In this document: positions 47,169-56,325 of the stretch, in pieces
How the letters are laid out: the number at the start of each line of letters is the position of its first letter
Numbering within the stretch: the stretch's first letter is position 1
DNA from: Ignavibacteria bacterium
GTDB taxonomy: Bacteria; Elusimicrobiota; Endomicrobiia; PHAN01
Direction: 5' to 3'
Assembly: GCA_041694835.1 (NCBI GenBank)
Contig: JBGFRZ010000082.1
Location: forward strand, 32,001-96,000
DNA length: 64,000 nucleotides
Program-made: the position numbers and the translations under genes
The notes under the pieces: model-generated
What the model was told of the DNA's origin: nothing
Databases searched by the model: none
The model's input: the letters and a program-made list of their open reading frames with translations, nothing else

Positions 47169-49007
47169 CTATCTACCATCCAACTCCAGTTCTTTCAACT
47201 TTTCCTGCTTCGGTATTCCTTCTTCATCCCATCCGCGATGGACATAATACTCCATAACCATTTTTGCGACATTCGGGACCACGCCTTTCGCTTTTCCTTC
47301 TTTTTTCGGATATACGGTAATTCTCGACGGTTCCAGGTCATCTTTTCTTGAAATGCCGAGGCGCGTGTTGTAGAGCCGTTTTAAATCGAACAATCGCTCG
47401 CCTGTTTTCATATAGTCGTCGAGTGTCCAGTCCCATCCACAAACGGCGTTGACCCAGTTTGAAATCTGCGACGGACCCACACGGGCGTGAAACAGAAATT
47501 TACAGAGTCCGAGCGGATTAAATAATGATATAAAATTTTGCATCTCAAAAACAATTTTCGGTTTGTCGGTTTCTTCAAACTGGTTCGGCGGGGCGGTGAT
47601 TCCCAGATCTTTGCAAGGGACGCCCCTATCAAGAAAGTATGTGAGACCTTCAAGATGACACGCACCTCTTGCGGCGGTCGCGTAGTTGATTGCCATAGAG
47701 ACATGTCCTCTCGGGTCGTGGGCGGGAAAGTCAAGTCCTTTGTTGTGAGAAACATACTCGATAGTATTTTTGCCGATGGCTTTTGCCGCATCTCTGACAC
47801 CTTTTGCAAGGAGAACACCGATGTTTTTTTTGTAAGCGGTCATCTTAATTATTTCAACGAGAGTCTTCGCGTCGCCCCATTTGAACTCAACGTCTCCAGT
47901 GTCTGCTCTTGTGATTTTTCCTTTCTCGTAACACTCAATCGCAAACGCGGCGACAGAGCCCATGGAAATCGTATCCATACCGAGCTTATTTGTGAGTTCG
48001 TTTATATACGCCAATACATAGAGGTCGTTATTTAAAACATTTGAGCCGAGCATCGCGACGGTCTCATACTCGGGATAGTGGCCACAGAAACTTCCGAAGT
48101 TCTTTAACTCGCCCTTGACGAGCTTGCCGCAGCCGATGGGACATGCCCAGCAAGCGTAGTGCTTGACCCAGATTTTTTCTCTCATCGCCTGTCCCGAAAT
48201 TTTTACAATATCGGGATACGTTCCAATGGCGTAATTTTTTATCGGAAGGTCGCCGAACGACTCAACTGCAGGAGAGCCGCCGGCAGTACCAAATTCTCCG
48301 AGGGCTTTTGCATTTTCTTTTATCGCGGGTATTTCTTCTTTAAGCAGTGCTCTTAATTTTTCGGGGTCTGCGACGGCGACTCTTTTCCCCTGACCTTTTA
48401 CGACGATAGCTTTAAGGTTTTTTGAGCCCATGTTGGCACCGATGCCCGAGCGCGCCGCAAAACGGGAATTGGGCGGGTCAAAACAAATTGCGGCTATACT
48501 GACAAGATTTTCTCCAGCAGGGCCTATCGCGGCGACGAGATGCTTCTCATGTCTCTTTGAGAGAATTTCACCGGTTTCGTAGGTATCCTTTCCCCACAAA
48601 TCACTGGCATCCTGTATCCTGCATCCTGCATCTATTATTAGATAAACCGGCTTATTGGATTTTCCCGTTATTAAAATTCCGTCATATCCGAGCATCCTGA
48701 ATTCCGTCGGCCAATGGCCGCCCACGGTCGCTTCGTTCCAAATGCCCGTAAGCGGCGATTTTGCGCAGACGGACATTTTGCAGGCAGTCGGCACGACTGT
48801 CCCGGTTAAAAGCCCCGACAAAAACAAAATTGGATTTTCTTCTGAAAGTGGCGCGAGGTTAACAGGGGCTTCGTTGTAAAGAATCTTTGCGGCAAGACCC
48901 GAGCCGAGCGTATATTTTTTGACATCCGTCTCATTGATTGGTTTCTCGCCGATTTTTCCCGACGACAAATCAACGGTTAAAATTTTCCCATGAAATCCGT
49001 TCGGCAT
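47169..49007 (-). CDS. Aldehyde:ferredoxin oxidoreductase (tungsten-pterin family)
   Basis: KSPLTG, IGPAGE, MGSKNLKAI, CWACPIGC, PEYET, GMDTIS, HDPR and RGACH motifs. Confidence 0.92.
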   Translation of the reverse strand: MPNGFHGKILTVDLSSGKIGEKPINETDVKKYTLGSGLAAKILYNEAPVNLAPLSEENPILFLSGLLTGTVVPTACKMSVCAKSPLTGIWNEATVGGHWPTEFRMLGYDGILITGKSNKPVYLIIDAGCRIQDASDLWGKDTYETGEILSKRHEKHLVAAIGPAGENLVSIAAICFDPPNSRFAARSGIGANMGSKNLKAIVVKGQGKRVAVADPEKLRALLKEEIPAIKENAKALGEFGTAGGSPAVESFGDLPIKNYAIGTYPDIVKISGQAMREKIWVKHYACWACPIGCGKLVKGELKNFGSFCGHYPEYETVAMLGSNVLNNDLYVLAYINELTNKLGMDTISMGSVAAFAIECYEKGKITRADTGDVEFKWGDAKTLVEIIKMTAYKKNIGVLLAKGVRDAAKAIGKNTIEYVSHNKGLDFPAHDPRGHVSMAINYATAARGACHLEGLTYFLDRGVPCKDLGITAPPNQFEETDKPKIVFEMQNFISLFNPLGLCKFLFHARVGPSQISNWVNAVCGWDWTLDDYMKTGERLFDLKRLYNTRLGISRKDDLEPSRITVYPKKEGKAKGVVPNVAKMVMEYYVHRGWDEEGIPKQEKLKELELDGR

Positions 49008-49028
49008 ACTTCCTCCGAAGTCATTAAC

Positions 49029-49220
49029 TTATGTACCAGTTTTAATAAAGTCAATAGCACAATCATCACATAAAGGCGCCCATGCCTGTTCAGTATAAAA
49101 AGCATCGTATTGGTTATTGTCTTTTTTCTTTGCTTCATCTTCGTCAATATAACCGAATCTTACTTCAACCGCCATTGTCTCGTTATCAAATATTTCTTCA
49201 CATTTTTCACATTTCCACAT
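49029..49220 (-). CDS. Small putative zinc-binding protein
   Basis: 63 aa with CEKC and CDDC; lies in the AT-rich insert. Confidence 0.55.
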   Translation of the reverse strand: MWKCEKCEEIFDNETMAVEVRFGYIDEDEAKKKDNNQYDAFYTEQAWAPLCDDCAIDFIKTGT

Positions 49221-49292
49221 AAATTCTCTTAAATCGAAACAGAAACCTTCGTGCCGAAATTAAATCGAAAGCATATTTGTAATAAGGAGCAA

Positions 49293-50081
49293 CTATTTCA
49301 AAAAATCACAGATAGACCCAACTAAACCAGAAAAATTGCCAATACCGTCAAGATGGTCGTAATTATTCAAAACAAACAATCCCCCTCCAAGTTTAATATC
49401 ATCAATAATCAGTTGCACTTCTGTCTGTTTTACTGTTTTTCTGGTTTTTCCACTTTCATTATATTTATCAAAATCCCTATATCTTGCCCAATCAAGAGTA
49501 ATAAAACCATATTTGATTTGTAAATTTTCTTTTGTAAAAATGACCGTATATTTATCTTTACCATATTTTGCATTTAATACATCTTGATCCATCAAAAATA
49601 AATGAGATAAAAATTGTCCGATTCTTTCTCTTGTTGTACCTTTTGCCGATAATATAAAAGCCTTTTTTATTTTTTCAAAATTATCTTTAACAACTACAAT
49701 ATCACTATCAAATTTCTTGATGTGACTTGTATTTTTTCTCACAAGACACAGAGAATTGGTAACATAAGAAATAATATCGTTATAAGTTTTGTGGTTTGTT
49801 GCCAAATAATTTAATTTATTTTCCTTGAAGTAAGCATTGAGTAAATATACTATACTTTCTTCTACCAATTTTCCAAGAACCGAATCTTTGCTTGATTTTT
49901 CTTGCCTTGCTTCGTCCTCTGTTTTCTTCTTATCAAATTGCGAAGCATATTTTTTAGCATATTTATTTGCATCTGAAAAAATGAAGTATTTATTCAAGTT
50001 TACCCCAACATTTAAACTACCTTTGTCTTTTATCACTTTGCCTAATTTTCCTTCTAAATAACTTTTGTGAACTAAATCCAT
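49293..50081 (-). CDS. Putative type II restriction endonuclease (PD-(D/E)xK, RER-motif type)
   Basis: GKLVEE...DSDIVV...LSAKGTTRERIGQ; adjacent to an MTase; AT-rich. Confidence 0.7.
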   Translation of the reverse strand: MDLVHKSYLEGKLGKVIKDKGSLNVGVNLNKYFIFSDANKYAKKYASQFDKKKTEDEARQEKSSKDSVLGKLVEESIVYLLNAYFKENKLNYLATNHKTYNDIISYVTNSLCLVRKNTSHIKKFDSDIVVVKDNFEKIKKAFILSAKGTTRERIGQFLSHLFLMDQDVLNAKYGKDKYTVIFTKENLQIKYGFITLDWARYRDFDKYNESGKTRKTVKQTEVQLIIDDIKLGGGLFVLNNYDHLDGIGNFSGLVGSICDFLK

Positions 50082-50098
50082 AATAAACCCTCTTTCCT

Positions 50099-50959
50099 TT
50101 ATAAAAGTTTAGGTTGTCTTGCAACAATCTTTATATTTTTTTCTGCTATTTCACAATATTCTCGGCAATTATCTATATAAATATATTTTCTTTCAGTTTT
50201 TACACTAACAACTGGAACTGTTCCAGTTCCCCCAAAAGGGTCTAAAACTATATTATCAATGTATGAATAAAATTTAACTAAACGATATATAAGTTTTTCT
50301 GGAAAGGGTGCCGGATGTCCTTTTGGTTGAGTTTGAGGTTTTATGTCCCAAAATGAATTTGAAAATTCTATAAATTCCTCTTTTGTAATATCTATCTTTT
50401 TAGGTTCTCCCTCTAATTTTTTTTCTTCTTTACTAAACACTAATACGAATTCATACGGTTGAACAACATAAGGATTTGATGGAGATTTCCAAGAACCCCA
50501 AGCAGTTCTTTTCGAAATTGCTTGTTTATACCACAATATATCACCTCTCATAATATAGCCAATTTTTCTCATTTGATTAACGACATCTACAAAAAGTGGT
50601 TGATATTGTCCGTCAGCCGTCACACTTGGTACATTTATGCAAATTCTACCTCCTTTAATTAAAACACGATAGCATTCAAACCAAACTTTTTCAAGCCAAT
50701 CTAGATATTCCTTGTAAGGCATATTATCATAATGGTTCTTGTATGGTTTTCCTACATTATATGGTGGGGATGTAATTATAAGATGAATAAAATTTTCCGG
50801 CATTAATTTCATAACTTCTACACAATCACCACAAATAACTTGATTTATAAACCTATTTTCCGATTGAACAAGAATTTCTTTTTGAGTAATTGTGTGATAT
50901 GGTATTACCGTTTCTTCCAACAAATTATTCTTTGTTACTTTCTTTTTTTTATATTCCAT
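50099..50959 (-). CDS. DNA methyltransferase, probably N4-cytosine, beta class
   Basis: ITSPPYN, HPAPFP and LDPFGGTGT motifs; start 50959 or 50971. Confidence 0.9.
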   Translation of the reverse strand: MEYKKKKVTKNNLLEETVIPYHTITQKEILVQSENRFINQVICGDCVEVMKLMPENFIHLIITSPPYNVGKPYKNHYDNMPYKEYLDWLEKVWFECYRVLIKGGRICINVPSVTADGQYQPLFVDVVNQMRKIGYIMRGDILWYKQAISKRTAWGSWKSPSNPYVVQPYEFVLVFSKEEKKLEGEPKKIDITKEEFIEFSNSFWDIKPQTQPKGHPAPFPEKLIYRLVKFYSYIDNIVLDPFGGTGTVPVVSVKTERKYIYIDNCREYCEIAEKNIKIVARQPKLL

Positions 50960-51087
50960 TGATTTATCCAAAATCGATAAGTACTGTTCATCGGTTACTA
51001 CTTATACTTACCATATTCTTTTAGTATTTCTTTTGCGGGAAACAATTTATAAAAGTTTGCTGCGACTTAAAGAATGTCGTTCACATC

Positions 51088-52224
51088 CTAAATGTTTGAC
51101 ATTATCTCATCGGTGTGTTCGCCAAGAAGAGGGGCGGGCTTAAAATGTTTGTCGTCGCATCCGTCTATTTTTATCGGGGTGCCGGCGACTTTGATTTTTC
51201 CTATTTTTTTCTGATTCAATTCTACTATCATGTTCCTGTGGATTATCTGCGGATGTTTACAAACGCGGGATATGTCGTTCACAGGCCCGCAGGGAACGCC
51301 ATGTCTGTTGAGGTTGTTTAAAAGTTCCTTTATCGTGTGCGCTTTTGTATATCTCTCGATTATCGATTTCAGTTTTTTCTCGTTTTTCAAACGCTTTTCA
51401 TTGTTTTCGAAGTGTTTGTTGTGTATCAAATCTTCGCGGCTTATCGCCAGGCAAAACTCCATCCAGAGATCCTCGTTTCCGCAGGCTATCGCCAAAAATC
51501 CGTCTTTTGCCTTAAATATGTCGAACGGGCAGAGAGACGGATGAAGCGAGCCTATGCGCTCGGGAGTTTTATTAGTAGCGTTATATCTTACTATGGCATT
51601 TTCAAGAACCGCTACGATGGAATCGACCATTGATATGTCAATACGGCAGCCCAATCCTGTTTTTTCTCTTCCGTAAAGGGCTGTAGTTATGCCGTAAGCC
51701 GCAAACATGCCGGCAAGTACATCTGCCATTGAAGTTCCGACTCTCGTCGGAGGCGTGTCGGGATAACCTGTGATGCTCATTATTCCGCCGACAGCTTGGG
51801 CGATAACGTCGTATCCGGCGTATTGCGAAAGCGGCCCCGTCTGGCCGTATCCGGTTATCGAAGCATAAATGAGTTTTGGATATTTTTTTTTGAGCGAGTC
51901 ATAATCAAGACCTAATTTTTTCATTGTTCCCGGACGAAAGTTTTCAAGAAGAATGTCAGTATTTTTAAGCAATCGCTTAATAATTTTTATTGACTCTTTA
52001 TTTTTTAAATCCAAAACAACGCTTTTTTTTCCGCGGTTTACGCTTATAAAATATCCGCTCTGTCCGTCGATAAACGGTCCGAAGAGTCTTGAATCGTCGC
52101 CGGTCTTCGCTCTTTCAATCTTTATGACCTCGGCCCCCATGTCGGCAAGCATCATAGAGCAATATGGGCCGGAAAGCACCCTTGTAAAATCAATGACTTT
52201 CACGCCTTTAAGCGGTTTTTTCAT
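51088..52224 (-). CDS. CaiB/BaiF family (class III) CoA transferase
   Basis: LSGPYCSMMLADMGAEVIKIE, NRGKKS, ENFRPG, GYGQTGP and APLLGEHT motifs. Confidence 0.92.
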   Translation of the reverse strand: MKKPLKGVKVIDFTRVLSGPYCSMMLADMGAEVIKIERAKTGDDSRLFGPFIDGQSGYFISVNRGKKSVVLDLKNKESIKIIKRLLKNTDILLENFRPGTMKKLGLDYDSLKKKYPKLIYASITGYGQTGPLSQYAGYDVIAQAVGGIMSITGYPDTPPTRVGTSMADVLAGMFAAYGITTALYGREKTGLGCRIDISMVDSIVAVLENAIVRYNATNKTPERIGSLHPSLCPFDIFKAKDGFLAIACGNEDLWMEFCLAISREDLIHNKHFENNEKRLKNEKKLKSIIERYTKAHTIKELLNNLNRHGVPCGPVNDISRVCKHPQIIHRNMIVELNQKKIGKIKVAGTPIKIDGCDDKHFKPAPLLGEHTDEIMSNI

Positions 52225-52305
52225 ATATCAACTCTTCGTCCAATGTAACCTGGGGCACTGCACTATTTTTCTATCCCCTATTTTCTATCCCCTATTTTCT
52301 ATCCT

Positions 52306-52602
52306 CTATTCTTTGACCTTAACAAGTATATCATTTTTTCCAACTTTATTGCCAACTTTCACGAAAATCTTCTCTATTTTCCCTTTAACTTCTGAAATTA
52401 TCTCGTTTTCCATTTTCATCGCTTCCAGAATTATAATCGTTTCTCCCGACGATACGGCATCCGTTTCTTTTTTTTTGACTTCAATTATAACGCCGGGGAT
52501 AGGCGAAGCGATAAGATAAGGATTATTGGCCTTTTCTGCACGGATTTTTTTGTCCGGAAATTCGGTAATATACTCTCCGTCTTCAAGAATCAGTTTGTCC
52601 AT
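52306..52602 (-). CDS. Biotin carboxyl carrier protein
   Basis: SPIPG...EAMKMENEI; start at ATG 52602. Confidence 0.88.
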   Translation of the reverse strand: MDKLILEDGEYITEFPDKKIRAEKANNPYLIASPIPGVIIEVKKKETDAVSSGETIIILEAMKMENEIISEVKGKIEKIFVKVGNKVGKNDILVKVKE

Positions 52603-52714
52603 AATCAGAGACAAGAGAACAGAGGTGAGAGGACAGAGGTCAGGGAAAAACCTCTCACCTCTCATCTCTCTCCTCTATTCGCTATTCGCTGTCCACTATT
52701 CTCTATTCCCCAAT

Positions 52715-54250
52715 TTACAGCGGAATGTTGCCGTGTTTTCTGTCGGGTTTTTTTGAACGTTTGTTTTTCATAACGGAAAGCGCTGAAACAATTTTAAGAC
52801 GCGTTTCTTCGGGCAGAATAACATCGTCGATATAGCCGAACGACGCCGCAATGTAAGGCGAAGCGAATTTTTCGGTGTATTCTTTCATCTTGTCCTGTCT
52901 TGTTTTTTCGGGTTGGGACGAGGACTCTATCTCTTTCTTGAAAATTATGTTTGCCGCGCCAAGCGGACCCATAACAGCTATCTCGGCCGAAGGCCATGCG
53001 AACACAAAGTCGGCCCCGAGATGGCGGCTGCACATCGCTATGTATCCACCACCGTAGGCCTTCCTCAATATCACGGTAAGTTTCGGAACGGTCGCCTCAG
53101 AATATGCATAAAGCATCTTCGCTCCGTGCCTGATGACGCCCGAATGCTCCTGCTCAATGCCGGGGAGATATCCCGGGATATCGGCGAAAGTTACGATAGG
53201 TATGTTAAATGAATCGCAAAATCTTATGAATCTTGCAGCCTTGTTGGAAGAATCTACGTCAAGAACGCCGGCGAGAAACTTGGGCTGATTGGCGATTATA
53301 CCGACGGATTCCCCGTCGAGATGTGCAAAACCTACGACTATATTTTTCGCGTGCATCGCCTGGACTTCAAAAAAATCTCCGTCATCGAAAACGGCTTTTA
53401 TGACGTCCCTGACATCATACGGTTTTTTGGGGTCGGAGGGAACAATCGAATTTAAGTCGGCAGAAGGTGGGGGGCGCCGCTCGGCGAGGGGTGGTTTTTG
53501 TGCGTTATTATCTGGCAAGTAAGAAAGCAAAGTTTTAATCTGTTCAATACACTCCTTTTCACTTTCGGCATAAAAATGCGCATTGCCGGTTATTTCGTTA
53601 TGAACCCTTGCGCCGCCGAGATCTTCCATACTTATTTCCTCTCCAAGAACGGTCTTTATAACCTCCGGGCCGGTGATAAACATCTTCGATATTTTGTCAA
53701 CCGTAAAAACAAAGTCAGTCAGAGCGGGGGAGTAAACCGCTCCTCCGGCACAAGGCCCGAGTATGACCGAAATCTGCGGGATTACCCCGGAAGAAAGGGT
53801 GTTTCTGTAAAATATTTCTCCGTAACCGGCGAGAGCGTTGATGCCTTCCTGTATCCTCGCTCCACCTGAGTCGTTTATGCCTACTAGCGGGATACCTGAA
53901 CTTAACGCGAAATCCATTATTTTAGTAATCTTCCTGGCGTGCATCTCTCCCAGAGAACCTCCGGCGGACGTGAAGTCTTGAGAAAATACAGCGAGACACC
54001 TCTCGTTAACTTTTCCATGACCAACAATTACGCCATCGGCCGGAATTTCTTTTTTGTCAAGTCCGAAATTGGATGAGCGGTGTTTAACGAAAGGGTCTAT
54101 CTCGACGAAGCTTCCCTTGTCAAACAGCAAATCAAGCCTTTCCCTTGCTGTAAGCTTGCCGGAGTCGTGCTGTTTTTTAACAGCGACGCTGCCGCCGAGA
54201 GAAATTAGATTCCCGCGACTTTTGCCGAGTTCTTCGTTTTTATCCGTCAT
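52715..54250 (-). CDS. Acyl-CoA carboxyltransferase (PccB / methylmalonyl-CoA decarboxylase alpha-like)
   Basis: GKLTARER, DSGGARIQEG, GPCAGGAVYSPA, RKAYGG and KHGNIPL motifs. Confidence 0.92.
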   Translation of the reverse strand: MTDKNEELGKSRGNLISLGGSVAVKKQHDSGKLTARERLDLLFDKGSFVEIDPFVKHRSSNFGLDKKEIPADGVIVGHGKVNERCLAVFSQDFTSAGGSLGEMHARKITKIMDFALSSGIPLVGINDSGGARIQEGINALAGYGEIFYRNTLSSGVIPQISVILGPCAGGAVYSPALTDFVFTVDKISKMFITGPEVIKTVLGEEISMEDLGGARVHNEITGNAHFYAESEKECIEQIKTLLSYLPDNNAQKPPLAERRPPPSADLNSIVPSDPKKPYDVRDVIKAVFDDGDFFEVQAMHAKNIVVGFAHLDGESVGIIANQPKFLAGVLDVDSSNKAARFIRFCDSFNIPIVTFADIPGYLPGIEQEHSGVIRHGAKMLYAYSEATVPKLTVILRKAYGGGYIAMCSRHLGADFVFAWPSAEIAVMGPLGAANIIFKKEIESSSQPEKTRQDKMKEYTEKFASPYIAASFGYIDDVILPEETRLKIVSALSVMKNKRSKKPDRKHGNIPL

Positions 54251-54253
54251 AAT

Positions 54254-55462
54254 TCACTTCCTCTCAGAGATATTTTTTATAGACCTCAAAGCGGACGGCG
54301 GATGCCTGTAGATTTTGCCATTCTCAGAAGCGCTCCAAAAATGCTTTCCATCGCTCCCGAAGGCGATGAGCCTGTAATCCTTTTTTTCGTATTCGGGAAA
54401 AACATAGATTTTTTCGAGAATTAAATCTTCGGGAGACATCTTGAAAATCCTGTTGGTCTTTGAATCCGCCAAATAAAAATGCTTCTTGTATTTTGTGAAA
54501 CCACATGGATTTTCAACAGGTATATCGTATGAAGTTATCACAACAAGAAGATTATCTATCTTTTGTTTGTATATTTTTTTCGTATGAATGTCGTATGACC
54601 ATATGATATCGCCGTCCAGATAAACACCCGTGGGCGAAGGGCCGGGGGATTTATGCTCCTTTTTAAATGTTACTTGCGGCAAGGTCTTTTTCTCTCGGGA
54701 CTTGAGAAAATGAAAGAAGAATCCCTGAAGAGAATCCGCTATCCAAAAATTTTCCGCATCGACGGCTACGGCCGTCGGCTGGGCTTTATCCTGATTGAGC
54801 GCGTCTATCAGCTTAAAATTATTTTTATCATAAACATATATGCCATAATCCATCCAGTCGGAGACATAAACGGCATCGGAATTTATACAGATGTAAGATA
54901 TATTTTTCGACCGGAAATCGAACGATGCGCCGCTATCGCGAAAGAGTCTCGACTTTATGAGGAAAACCAACGATGAGAGAACGGCAAGAGTAAAAAAAAT
55001 GAGAATGTAAGAGTAGCGGGAAGTTTTCCCAATTGACGGGGCTTTTGCTTTTTTGGCTTCCTTTTTAACCTGTTGCATGTTTTCCGTCGTGGGTATGGTT
55101 TTTTCAACGGCTTTTCTCAATTCTTCCATTCTGAAAGGTTTTGAAATTTTGGATGAGGCGCCCGATTTCATCGCGCTCTCAAGCAAAGTTTCGTCGCTGC
55201 CTATGCCTTCCATCACGACCACATTCGAGTTCGGACTCGCTTTTTTAAGATCCGCGACAGCTCCCCGAACCGCATTGACTTCGGATATTTCAGGGAGTTG
55301 TATGTCGATGAAAATAATCTCCGGTTTCTCCTTTTGAGCGAGTTCCACGGAAGATTTCATCTCTTCTGATTCAATAAACTCCGTCTCGCATAAAGAAGAA
55401 AGGGAGTTCATCAGAACTTGTCTCATTGTTTTATCGTCGTCGATAATCAAAATTTTTGTCAT
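54254..55462 (-). CDS. Receiver domain / TM / extracytoplasmic beta-propeller-like protein
   Basis: ILIIDDD...IFIDIQLP...KPF receiver; TM YILIFFTLAVLSSLVFLI; KSPGPSPTG propeller blades; start at 55462. Confidence 0.8.
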   Translation of the reverse strand: MTKILIIDDDKTMRQVLMNSLSSLCETEFIESEEMKSSVELAQKEKPEIIFIDIQLPEISEVNAVRGAVADLKKASPNSNVVVMEGIGSDETLLESAMKSGASSKISKPFRMEELRKAVEKTIPTTENMQQVKKEAKKAKAPSIGKTSRYSYILIFFTLAVLSSLVFLIKSRLFRDSGASFDFRSKNISYICINSDAVYVSDWMDYGIYVYDKNNFKLIDALNQDKAQPTAVAVDAENFWIADSLQGFFFHFLKSREKKTLPQVTFKKEHKSPGPSPTGVYLDGDIIWSYDIHTKKIYKQKIDNLLVVITSYDIPVENPCGFTKYKKHFYLADSKTNRIFKMSPEDLILEKIYVFPEYEKKDYRLIAFGSDGKHFWSASENGKIYRHPPSALRSIKNISERK

Positions 55463-56301
55463 ATAGTGACTTCTCCGCGCCGCAAGCTGTGGCACTGTAT
55501 GCTTATCGCACACGGGAGCGAAGCGATGTGTACCGGGAGCGCGGTTATATAAACCGCCAAAGCCGTCGTTTTGCCGCCGGTGCCCATCGGCCCGATGCCG
55601 GTCAGATTTATCAGATGCAGGAGTCTTTTTTCTTTTAAATCGTAAAATTTATCTGGATTTTTCGCTCCTATATTTCTAAAAAGCGCCTTTTTTGCAGCGG
55701 CCGGGGCTGATGAAAAATTTCCACCCACCGCCACGCTGACAACCACCGGTGGACACGAATAGAGAGCTTTTTGATATACGTTTTCGAGTATATATCCCTC
55801 CAAAGAATCCCAAGAGACGTTGGGGGTAAAGAAATTGATTGAACTTGAATTTTCTGAGCCGGCGCCTTTTAGAAGAACTTTCAATTTTATATTATCGCCT
55901 TCGCTCGTTTCGACATAAACCGAGGCAGGGGTGTTGTCTTTTGTATTTTCTCTTTTGAATGGATCCCTTACGATTGATTTTCTGAATTTTTCATTCAGGT
56001 AGGCCGCAGAAACGCCTTCGTTAACAGCATCTTCCAGTCGTCCGCCAATTATCTTTACAGAGCGTCCGAGTCTGGCAAAAACCTCGACGGCGCCTGTGTC
56101 CTGACAAAGCGGGCTCTCGTTTTTTTCGGCGATCCGGAGATTCTCCATTATCTGAAACAGGGTATTTCTTGCCAGAAGGTTTTTCTCCCTCTTTCTCGCT
56201 TTTTTAAGGGCGGCGGAAACGTCTCCAGGAAGGACATAATTTATTTTTATACAAAGTTTTTTTACGGCATCTGCGATTTTTTTATATTCTATTTTGCTCA
56301 T
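55459..56301 (-). CDS. Class I fumarate/tartrate hydratase, alpha subunit
   Basis: PLCQDTG, NTKDNTPA, KGAGSEN, CPP, GIGPMG.GG.TT and HIASLP...CH motifs. Confidence 0.9.
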   Translation of the reverse strand: MSKIEYKKIADAVKKLCIKINYVLPGDVSAALKKARKREKNLLARNTLFQIMENLRIAEKNESPLCQDTGAVEVFARLGRSVKIIGGRLEDAVNEGVSAAYLNEKFRKSIVRDPFKRENTKDNTPASVYVETSEGDNIKLKVLLKGAGSENSSSINFFTPNVSWDSLEGYILENVYQKALYSCPPVVVSVAVGGNFSSAPAAAKKALFRNIGAKNPDKFYDLKEKRLLHLINLTGIGPMGTGGKTTALAVYITALPVHIASLPCAISIQCHSLRRGEVTI

Positions 56302-56325
56302 CGGAGGAGGGTTTGACGCTTTGTA

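Noticed and set aside
7407-55513. Longest-ORF N-terminal extensions of upp, wecA-like, wecB, panC, hydA, BCCP and the receiver protein
   Set aside because: The extensions overlap upstream genes or repeat tracts; downstream ATGs match family starts and/or Shine-Dalgarno sites
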